In this document: in pieces, positions 20,200 through 28,054 of the stretch
How positions within the stretch are numbered: the stretch's first letter is position 1
Layout of the letters: every line of letters begins with the position of its first letter
Assembly: GCA_021713295.1 (NCBI GenBank)
Contig: JAKJJU010000022.1
Coordinates: 13,401 to 45,400 of the forward strand
Source of the DNA: Thiotrichales bacterium 19S3-11
Lineage (GTDB): Bacteria > Pseudomonadota > Gammaproteobacteria > Francisellales > Francisellaceae
DNA length: 32,000 nt
Reading direction: 5' to 3'
Made by a program: the position numbers and the translations under genes
Notes under the pieces: model-generated
What the model saw: the letters and a program-made list of their open reading frames with translations, nothing else
What the model was told of the DNA's origin: nothing
The model's database searches: none

Positions 20200-20240
20200 G
20201 GCGAACTATGCCCAAAATTCAGTCAAAAAGGAGCATCATT

Positions 20241-23200
20241 ATGTTATCAATTGGCATTGTTACTTCATCAATGGATATACACAAATATTTCATCGATAAA
20301 GATAACTACTACTTAACCGATAAATCAGAGATTAAAGAATCATCACGATTTTATGGCAAAGGTGCTGAAGCTTTAGGCATTAAAGATAAGGTAGTTGAAG
20401 AAAAACTATTTTTAGATTTACTAGAAGGTCGATTGCCTAATGGTCAACAAATAGGTGTTAGCGGTAAAAGTCACAGGCCAGCAACCGATATTACCTTATC
20501 AGCGCCAAAGTCATTTTCAGTGATGGGCTTAATTGCTGGTGATGATCGCCTAAAGGATGTTCAAAGAAAAGCAGAAGAAAAAGTTTATAGTAAAATTGAG
20601 TCACTTTATGCAGAAGCTAGAAAAACGGTTAACGGAGTTACCTCTTATGAAAAGACAGGTAATTTAGTTATTGCCTTGTTTCCTCACTCATCATCAAGAG
20701 AGAAAGATGCTCAAATGCATACGCACGGTGTTATTTTAAATATGACTATGAGAAATGATGGACAGTGGCGCGCATTATCTTCAAGACAAAAGACTGATTT
20801 AATCAATATTGAGCATGGTTTTAGGGAATTAATTTATCAAAATCAGCATTACTTAGGCATGATTTATAATAGTGAGTTAGCCAAAGGTGCAATTGATTGT
20901 GGTTATGAGCTTGAAGTTTTAGACAAATATGGCAATTTCAAAATCAAAGGTTTATCGGATGAGTATTTAAAAAGCCAATCAAAAAGACGTGAACAAATTT
21001 TAGATATGGCGAAAGAAAAAGGTACAATGACACCTAAAGCTTTAAGTGCTTTCTCTAAAGCATCACGTAAAATTAAAGAGGCTGTTACACCTGATAAATT
21101 AAAAGAAGCATGGCAAGAAGATGCCAAAGCGCAAGGTGTTGATTTAAAAAAAGTGCTTGATCAGTCAATTCAGCGAGTTAATGATAAAGGCAATCAGCAT
21201 ACACAATCTGTATCAAGTTCATTACATAAAATCAGTCAAAATGCTAAAGAGGCAATTAATGATGCCATTACGCATTTATCGCAGTTTTCAGTTAAGTTGC
21301 AGCATGGCGATATTGTAAGACAAGCCTTTATTTTTGGTGGTGGTGTGATCAACCATGAAGAATTAGAACATATTATTGAAACCAAACAAAAACAACGAGA
21401 ATTAATTGGATTATCTGACCAATACTACACAACGAAAGCGTTAATTACAGAAGAAAAAGCATTTAAAACGGCAATGAAGCAAACAAAAGCTGTTTCATGG
21501 TCAAAAGATATTGCTCAATCTGGATTGATTGCTGAAAGTTTAAAAAGTAATGATCGTATACAGATTATCAATACCAAAGGCTTAAAAAATGAAACGAATC
21601 TAATCAATGATGCGGTAAGAATAGTAGAAGCAAACGGTTTAAATGCTTATGTTTTGCATCCGAATCAATCACGTCTAAATCTCTTAAAAGAAGATGTCAC
21701 AAGAGATAAAAAGAATATTTGGCAGTATTTTAAAAACTATTTTAAAGGTGATCTATTACAAACAACAGGTAAGTTTGAACATGAATATAAGGCTAGGTTA
21801 AATAGTCCGTTTAGGTCAAAGAAACAAGATATGATCTTTGTTACTGACAGTCAAAAACTGTCTTATGAAGGATTAAGTAAGCTTAATGATTTAGCCGAAA
21901 AAGGTAATGCTAAGCTGATTCTGTTAAATAACACGGAATCAACACAAGGTTTTAGAAGTGGTAACCCAATTAAAGTATTACGTTCATGTGGTGTTGCTGA
22001 ATATAACTCAAAGACAATTAAAAAAGAGGTCTTAGTTGAGATTACACAAGCCGTACAAACCAATAAATTATTAGCTGAACATTACACTTCAATTGATAGA
22101 GATAAACGCAATTTAATACCGATTGTTGCATCAACGAACAAAGCACAGACAGATTTAACGCATCTAATTCGCAATCATTTAAAAGATCAAGGCGAATTAT
22201 CCATTCAGGAATATAACTATCAAACTTTATCAACGAAAGGCTTAAGTGACACTGAAAAGAAATATTTAAAATGCTATTCAGTCGGTGATCTAATTACGTT
22301 AAAGCCATTCACTAAAGATCAACAAGCGTATCTTATCAGTGACATTGATAAGGAAAATAAAACCTTATCGCTTATTTCAATTAATGCTAAAGATAATAAA
22401 ACTTATCAGTTATCACACGATGATCTATTAAAAACAGAGTTTCAAATTAACAAAAAACAAACACTTTCAGTGTCAGTCAATGATCGTTTAATGGCGACTC
22501 GTAACCTTTATATTAAAGCTAACCATTTAAGCAATGAACGAGTTAAAATTGATAAAAATAGCGTTATTGAAGTTGAATCAATTGCTAAAGATGGCTTAAG
22601 AATTAAGCATAATGAGCAAAGTTTATGGCTTTCAAATGAAGCATTAAAAGCATCAATGCTTGATCATGGTTATGTCATTAAACCGCATCAATTAGACAAA
22701 GAATTTAATCAGGTGTTTACTTCATTATCTGGCTATCAAGTTAATCAAAATAGTATTGGTGAATTAAAAGAATATGCAAAAAATATTCATCTATTTACGG
22801 ATAACAAAGAGAAAGCATCAAAATCTTTAGATTCAGAAAATATTGTTTGGGTTGCAACTGATATAAAGGCTCTACAAAAAAACACCAGTTACAACCCAAC
22901 AGTAAGGAATGACTTGTCAATCGAAAAGGACTTACAAGTAGTAGCTAATGCCCTATCACATGGGTGTGTTAAATCAACAGAGAAAGGGCAATTAACCACT
23001 CCTAAAGATCATACAAAAACATTGCTTAATACACAAGATGATCACAATAATATTAATGCCGATGCACGCTCTAATCAAAGTGTCACCAAAGGAATAGATG
23101 TCGTGCATACGGCAGTTTCCTATGGTATCGCAAAGTTAAGTGAAAAAGAAGCTTCTTTTTCAATGGAAGATTTACTTAAAGAATCAATGACCTATGCATT

Positions 23201-26200
23201 AGGTTATACGACAGGTGATGAAATCGAAAAAGTCATTGATGAAAAGCGCGCTAACGGTGAGCTATTAATTAATGATCGTCACGTCACAACGAAAGCAATT
23301 TACGAACTTGAGAAATCAATTATTGATAATATAAGTGATGGTCACAATCAGGTTCAATCAGTTGTTAATGAGTTACCTAGTTTACGTGAAGGTCTCACTC
23401 AAGGTCAAAAAGATGCAATATCGCTGGCATTAACAACAAAAGATCGATTCATTGGCATTCAAGGTTTAGCTGGTACTGGTAAAACAACCATGATGAAAGA
23501 ATTAAGAGAAAAAGCTGAATCAAATGGCTATGAAATTGTTGGTATTGCACCAACACATAAGGCGGTTCAAATGTTAGATGGGTCAATGAATGAAAAATCA
23601 TCAGGTGAACGCTTTAGAAATGCTGGTATTCCAGTCATGACCGCACATGCCTTTATCAACCAAGAATTAGACAAATACAATGATAAAACGATCTTTATTA
23701 TTGATGAGTCTTCAATGATTGGTAACCGCTTATATCATGGCATCCAACAGAAGACAAAAAGCTTAAATGCTCGAACAATTTTTGCTGGTGATATCAAGCA
23801 ACAAGCTGCCATTGATCAAGGAAAACCGCAAGAGTTGAGCCTAAATAATGGCTTAAAATATGCCTCAATGAATGAAATTATACGTCAACGTAATAGTCCA
23901 GTTTTAAAGAAAAGTGCTGAGTTAGCTGCCAGTGGTAAGGCATCTGAATCATTAACTAATTTAGAAAAAATAAACCCATTTGATCATATCAAACGTAAAA
24001 ACTATTATGCTAGTTCAACTGAATCTTTCGTTGAAATTGCGCCTGATAAAGACACAAAAGGCAATGTAATTTTAGGTGATGATGACAAACCTAGGTATAA
24101 CAACCTATATCAAGCGATTGCTAATGATTACTTAACAAGAGTTACAGAGCAAAGAGGTCATACCGTTGTTATTGCTAAAACCCATAAATCACGTGCTGTC
24201 ATTGATGAAAAAATAAGAGATGGCTTAATCAAAGAAAGTGTGATACATAGCTCACAACCAGTAACAAGGCTTGCATCAAAAGATTTAGAAAAGGTTGATT
24301 TATTAATTGCTAAAAACTACGAGGTCAATGATATTATTAAGTTTGATCGTAGCTTTTCAATCGCTAAGAAGGGCGATTTAATGAAAGTAACTGATATTAA
24401 TAGTGCAGATAATAAGCTTACTATTTTCAATGAAAAAGATGGCAATACCTATACGATCAACCCTGCTAAATTAGCAACCAATGCTCAAATATCTCTTTAT
24501 CAGCAAGTTGATGCTAATTTAGGTATTGGTGATAGAGTTCGATTAAGAGTAAGTGATATTCCACGTGGTTTTACAGGTGGTCTTGAATACAAAGTTGAAG
24601 CAATTAAAGGCGACTATGCAACACTTAAAAATGACACAGATACCTTAAAAATCAACCTAAAGAATAGAGAAGATCAGATATGGGATTATGCCTATACCAA
24701 TACAACGTTTAGTGTTCAAGGTGATACCAAAAAATATGCAATTGGTCTTGAATTATTTGAAAATGATAGAGGAAACTACATTCAAATCACACGCGCTAGC
24801 GAACATGCAATTATCTATACTAGTAATAAGGCAAAGTTATTAACACAACTAGATGACGAGAAGGTTAAGTATGAAGCCAGCAAACGATCGGCGTATGAAC
24901 TCTTTGGTCAAAATAAAGAAAAAAATGCATCCAGCAAACAATCGGTATATGAATTCGTTAATCAAAAGAATGAAGACAAAAACCTTAAAATCCATGATCA
25001 AAAGGCTCAAGAAAGCCAGCCAGTTCATGAAAAGAAAACAAGTGAAATAACGCTAACTAAACCGAAAATCAAACCAGTTTTAGCAGATGATTTAAAGCCT
25101 CTTTTGAAAGAAAGATCAGAAGAATTAGCCATACATTTATTAGGTGAGCCTAATCAACAACTATCAAATCGTAGTCAATTAAGGTTCGGTCACAAAGGCT
25201 CATTATCAGTAACTATTTCAGGTCAGCATCAAGGAAAGTGGCGCAATTTTGAGACAGGCGAGCAAGGCAATGCTCTTGATTTAATTAAGGCAGAAATGAG
25301 CTATTCTAATTTTAAAGATGTCTTAAATTATGCTAAAAACTTCTTAAATTATGAGCCAACAAGTGAGCCAGTTAAGCAAGAATCAGTTGAGAAAGTAGCA
25401 AAAATTGATCTTGAAGAAACACAACGAAAAGAGAAAATGAAACAATATGCTACTAAATTATTTAACAATTCTAAGCCAATTAAAGGCACGCTAGCTGAAA
25501 AATATTTAAGCCAATCAAGAGGATTAAATAACTATCATAATGCCGATATTCGATTTTTACCTGCTATTTCTGGCTATGCTAAAAACAAAAAAACAGGTGA
25601 ATTTGACATTAAAGTCTATACACCAGCAGTCCTTGCATTTGCCAAAGATAAGGATAATCAAATTAACCATGTACAAGTGATTAGGCTTGATAGAGACGGT
25701 AATAAAAACAAAGAAGTTAAGATTGCTAAGCAAACCTATGGCTCAATGAATAGCTTTGCTGTTGAGTTAAATAACAAGGCAAATAAAGAAGTAACCTACC
25801 TTACAGAAGGCGTTGAAACGGGTTTATCAATCCTAAATGTTAATAAAAAAGCGGATGTTTTAGCTGTCTTAGGTAAGTCAAATTTTGCTAATATTGACCT
25901 AGAAAAGATAGCTGATAAGGTTATTTTGGCACTTGATAATGACGGTATTAGCAAAACTTTTTCTGATAAAACAATTGTAGATGCTGTCACACGATTACAA
26001 GAAAATGGTAAAGATGTACAAATCATTATGCCTGAAAAACCTAAGTCTGACTTTAACGATGTTTTAAAAAATGAAGGCTATCAAGCACTTTCAAAACAGA
26101 TTAATCAATCCTTATCAGCGAAAGATTTAAATCAAGTATCACTAAAATTAGCCAGTGATCATTTAATTAAATCTGAAAATATTACCTTAAATCAAGCTTT

Positions 26201-26435
26201 ATCTTTGATTGATAAAGACATTAAATATAAAGATTTTGATGCCCATAATAAAGTAAAAATCAATGATATTGATCACAAGTTACTTAAAAATATTGACCAA
26301 AATTATGCTATTAAAACTGATAAAAATCTTAATAAACAGATTGATACTGTCCTAAATGAGCAAGTTAAATATGATCAAATTGAAAATATTTTACCTGAAA
26401 AGACGCTTAAAATAGATAAGGAAATGGAACTTTAA
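20241..26435 (+). CDS. traI: TraI, MOBF relaxase-helicase with an additional C-terminal primase-like/Toprim module
   Basis: The start is moved to the ATG at 20241, 7 nt after AAGGAG (20228-20233). The N-terminus is co-linear with remembered F TraI: Y16, DKDNYY, LLEGRLPNG, HRPATDITLSAPKS, GNLVIALFPHSSSRE..AQMHTHGV. Helicase Walker A GLAGTGKTT (23463-23489) and FIIDESSM. C-terminal ~330 aa: RFGHKGSLSV..GKWRNFETGEQGNALDLI (cysteine-less primase finger-like), then Toprim YLTEGVETG and ALDNDG. Confidence 0.93.
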   Translation: MLSIGIVTSSMDIHKYFIDKDNYYLTDKSEIKESSRFYGKGAEALGIKDKVVEEKLFLDLLEGRLPNGQQIGVSGKSHRPATDITLSAPKSFSVMGLIAGDDRLKDVQRKAEEKVYSKIESLYAEARKTVNGVTSYEKTGNLVIALFPHSSSREKDAQMHTHGVILNMTMRNDGQWRALSSRQKTDLINIEHGFRELIYQNQHYLGMIYNSELAKGAIDCGYELEVLDKYGNFKIKGLSDEYLKSQSKRREQILDMAKEKGTMTPKALSAFSKASRKIKEAVTPDKLKEAWQEDAKAQGVDLKKVLDQSIQRVNDKGNQHTQSVSSSLHKISQNAKEAINDAITHLSQFSVKLQHGDIVRQAFIFGGGVINHEELEHIIETKQKQRELIGLSDQYYTTKALITEEKAFKTAMKQTKAVSWSKDIAQSGLIAESLKSNDRIQIINTKGLKNETNLINDAVRIVEANGLNAYVLHPNQSRLNLLKEDVTRDKKNIWQYFKNYFKGDLLQTTGKFEHEYKARLNSPFRSKKQDMIFVTDSQKLSYEGLSKLNDLAEKGNAKLILLNNTESTQGFRSGNPIKVLRSCGVAEYNSKTIKKEVLVEITQAVQTNKLLAEHYTSIDRDKRNLIPIVASTNKAQTDLTHLIRNHLKDQGELSIQEYNYQTLSTKGLSDTEKKYLKCYSVGDLITLKPFTKDQQAYLISDIDKENKTLSLISINAKDNKTYQLSHDDLLKTEFQINKKQTLSVSVNDRLMATRNLYIKANHLSNERVKIDKNSVIEVESIAKDGLRIKHNEQSLWLSNEALKASMLDHGYVIKPHQLDKEFNQVFTSLSGYQVNQNSIGELKEYAKNIHLFTDNKEKASKSLDSENIVWVATDIKALQKNTSYNPTVRNDLSIEKDLQVVANALSHGCVKSTEKGQLTTPKDHTKTLLNTQDDHNNINADARSNQSVTKGIDVVHTAVSYGIAKLSEKEASFSMEDLLKESMTYALGYTTGDEIEKVIDEKRANGELLINDRHVTTKAIYELEKSIIDNISDGHNQVQSVVNELPSLREGLTQGQKDAISLALTTKDRFIGIQGLAGTGKTTMMKELREKAESNGYEIVGIAPTHKAVQMLDGSMNEKSSGERFRNAGIPVMTAHAFINQELDKYNDKTIFIIDESSMIGNRLYHGIQQKTKSLNARTIFAGDIKQQAAIDQGKPQELSLNNGLKYASMNEIIRQRNSPVLKKSAELAASGKASESLTNLEKINPFDHIKRKNYYASSTESFVEIAPDKDTKGNVILGDDDKPRYNNLYQAIANDYLTRVTEQRGHTVVIAKTHKSRAVIDEKIRDGLIKESVIHSSQPVTRLASKDLEKVDLLIAKNYEVNDIIKFDRSFSIAKKGDLMKVTDINSADNKLTIFNEKDGNTYTINPAKLATNAQISLYQQVDANLGIGDRVRLRVSDIPRGFTGGLEYKVEAIKGDYATLKNDTDTLKINLKNREDQIWDYAYTNTTFSVQGDTKKYAIGLELFENDRGNYIQITRASEHAIIYTSNKAKLLTQLDDEKVKYEASKRSAYELFGQNKEKNASSKQSVYEFVNQKNEDKNLKIHDQKAQESQPVHEKKTSEITLTKPKIKPVLADDLKPLLKERSEELAIHLLGEPNQQLSNRSQLRFGHKGSLSVTISGQHQGKWRNFETGEQGNALDLIKAEMSYSNFKDVLNYAKNFLNYEPTSEPVKQESVEKVAKIDLEETQRKEKMKQYATKLFNNSKPIKGTLAEKYLSQSRGLNNYHNADIRFLPAISGYAKNKKTGEFDIKVYTPAVLAFAKDKDNQINHVQVIRLDRDGNKNKEVKIAKQTYGSMNSFAVELNNKANKEVTYLTEGVETGLSILNVNKKADVLAVLGKSNFANIDLEKIADKVILALDNDGISKTFSDKTIVDAVTRLQENGKDVQIIMPEKPKSDFNDVLKNEGYQALSKQINQSLSAKDLNQVSLKLASDHLIKSENITLNQALSLIDKDIKYKDFDAHNKVKINDIDHKLLKNIDQNYAIKTDKNLNKQIDTVLNEQVKYDQIENILPEKTLKIDKEMEL

Positions 26436-26758
26436 GCACTCTGCATACCTTCAATATAAGCATCAGAATTTGACTCAATCATATGAATTAATGTCTTAGC
26501 ATCAAAAAAATTACCTGTTGTTTTACTACGTTCAAAAACGCAATTTAGAATTTCTTTAGCAAGGTAATTGTTCTCTAGCACCATCTTTACAATTGGGTCT
26601 TCTACTTTTTCATCTGCTTTTTTAGTGCTAGCTTCATGAACTTTTAAGCCTAATTCAATCATATCAATGGCAAAATTTAGTTGTCCCTTCTCATCAGAAT
26701 TACAACTTTCTTGAATTTTTTGCCATATATTTGTGCCAATATCTAATGTTATTTCCAT
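26432..26758 (-). CDS. traM: TraM-like relaxosome accessory / signalling protein
   Basis: 108 aa. ITLDIGTNIWQKI....AIDMIELGLKVHEAS parallels remembered F TraM VNLYISNDAYEKI....ASMLLELGLRVHEAQ. It lies next to the predicted oriT. Confidence 0.6.
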   Translation of the reverse strand: MEITLDIGTNIWQKIQESCNSDEKGQLNFAIDMIELGLKVHEASTKKADEKVEDPIVKMVLENNYLAKEILNCVFERSKTTGNFFDAKTLIHMIESNSDAYIEGMQSA

Positions 26759-27225
26759 CTATTTTTGTCCTTTTCAATTGGTATTGTTTTCATATTTCTA
26801 TGATTTATTGAGCAATGAAGTGTATCATAATTGTAAGTTTGAAATGCTCCATATGTATTTTTAAGTGTCTCATCAACCGATGATTTTACTACATTGAATA
26901 ATTGCTTATTGTCATTTCTAGCGTATATTAATTCTTGTGTATAGTTAGATACAATTTGCATATCACAAGCCATATTTGGAATACTAACATGAATCTGTTC
27001 TAGCATTTTTTTCATCTTTAAGATTTCAGAATTAAGATCAATTTTTTTATCGTTTGATTGTGATTCTTGATCATTCATTCTTTCGCGAATTAATAATTTC
27101 ATTGCACTTGTTAATAATGGTTTTGAGTTAACATTAAATAAATTATTTTCAATTGCTAACTTTTCTAAAAATGTTTTTTCCTCTCTAGTTAATCGAATCG
27201 AAGTAGGTGGTATTTTGTTATCCAA
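26749..27225 (-). CDS. Ribbon-helix-helix DNA-binding protein; candidate TraY-like relaxosome accessory factor / autoregulator
   Basis: TTG start at 27225, 8 nt after AAGGA. The N-terminus TSIRLTREEKTFLEKLAIEN has the beta-strand/helix pattern of RHH proteins (compare F TraY LTMRLDDETNQLLIAAKN). It is the first gene next to the palindrome array and overlaps the traM-like gene by 10 nt. Confidence 0.55.
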   Translation of the reverse strand: MDNKIPPTSIRLTREEKTFLEKLAIENNLFNVNSKPLLTSAMKLLIRERMNDQESQSNDKKIDLNSEILKMKKMLEQIHVSIPNMACDMQIVSNYTQELIYARNDNKQLFNVVKSSVDETLKNTYGAFQTYNYDTLHCSINHRNMKTIPIEKDKNRWK

Positions 27226-27260
27226 AGTTCATATCCTTTTATCAAAATTGAAAAATCAAA

Positions 27261-27516
27261 GTATCACAATGTGATGCACTATTATATTTTATCGTATCAC
27301 AATGTGATGCGCAATACATTTCACTTATTTTTAAAAATATAAATCACATATAAAATATATAGTTAAATGTGTATCACAATGTAATAATTTGTATTGCTAT
27401 GTGATGCGCTTTGAGTTAGTTCTGTCATACTCATGTAATACTTTATGTATCACAATGTAATCTATTGAGATAATTAACTAATTTATATACGTTTTATTAA
27501 TATTACTCTGTGATAC
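27261..27516. promoter_or_regulatory. Operator array: repeated 13-bp palindrome ATCACA-A-TGTGAT within GTATCACAATGTGATGC
   Basis: Two perfect 17-mers at 27261-27277 and 27294-27310 (33-bp spacing). Variants at 27371-27385, 27391-27407 and 27447-27461. Half-sites at 27423-27430, 27434-27441 and 27509-27516. Confidence 0.8.
27286..27314 (-). promoter_or_regulatory. Sigma70-type promoter for the RHH/traM operon
   Basis: On the minus strand: -35 TTGCGC (27314-27309), 17-nt spacer, -10 TAAAAT (27291-27286). The spacer is filled by palindrome copy 2, and copy 1 lies just downstream of the predicted start. This is an autorepression-like layout. Confidence 0.55.
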
Positions 27517-27601
27517 AAGATTATCTGTATATTATTTAAACATTTTAAAGTATTTAAAATAAGCTAAAATCTATGATATATATAGTCTTTTTTGAATAAA
27601 C

Positions 27602-27726
27602 AAAGGCAAAATCAATTGCGTGATGTGTGGGTGCTTTCTCTCGGTATCAGGTAATGTTAAATTCTAATGCGTATCCTCTGGAATCTTTAAAGGCTTCGTT
27701 TGCCAACTGAACACAAAAGGCAAAAT
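27602..27726 (+). other. oriT: oriT core with predicted nic site (T27628|G27629) on the + strand
   Basis: 27616-27637 TTGCGTGATGTGTGGGTGCTTT compared with remembered F TTTGCGTGGGGTGT|GGTGCTTT and R100 TTTGCGTAGTGTGT|GGTGCTTT. Flanked by an 11-bp direct repeat AAAGGCAAAAT (27602-27612 and 27716-27726) and an inverted TTTGCC (27699-27704). Confidence 0.7.
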
Positions 27727-27742
27727 TTCTACGCCGATTGAG

Positions 27743-28054
27743 TGAAAATTAATAATACAAATATCTCAACTTTTGAAAACTTAAAATTCAAAAAAATGTA
27801 TCATCTAAATTTTGAAAATAACAAAAATAGATAACTTAAAAATGATCAATTTGAACAAACTGAATTTTGATTTTTTGCTTATTCTTAATTTTTAAAATTA
27901 ACCCATTTTTGAAAATTACAGGGACGATATTTTAACAATTTATAACTATCAAAATCGCTAAAATTAAAATCATAGCTATTGAAGAATTTGAAAATCTTAA
28001 TGAAAACTTAAATGCAAATGACAACCACCTAAAATGCAACCTCGATGTGAAAAT
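27743..28054 (+). repeat. Seven same-orientation TGAAAAY heptamers (mostly TTTGAAAAT) in the first ~430 nt after the predicted nic
   Basis: Copies at 27743, 27774, 27813, 27910, 27989, 28001 and 28048. My rough base-composition estimate gives well under one copy expected by chance. Confidence 0.6.

Noticed and set aside
20172-20240. N-terminal extension of TraI from the TTG at 20172, and similar ORF-track extensions (5533, 7287, 7978, 10621, 11249, 17831, 28890, 30071)
   Set aside because: For most of these, an internal ATG preceded by a Shine-Dalgarno motif (weak at 30107) gives the expected signal peptide or conserved N-terminus (MLSIGIV... aligns with F TraI MMSIAQV...). It also restores the short overlaps typical of this operon.
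27261-27516. Repeat array as a CRISPR locus
   Set aside because: The repeats are 13-17-bp palindromes with irregular 20-77-bp spacing, degenerate copies and half-sites, and they overlap a promoter. No cas genes are present. This is an operator/relaxosome-site architecture, not CRISPR.
27600-27740. Locally G+C-richer patch as a small RNA or tRNA-like gene
   Set aside because: I could draw no cloverleaf or convincing terminator. The patch is better explained by the F-like nic core and its flanking AAAGGCAAAAT repeats.
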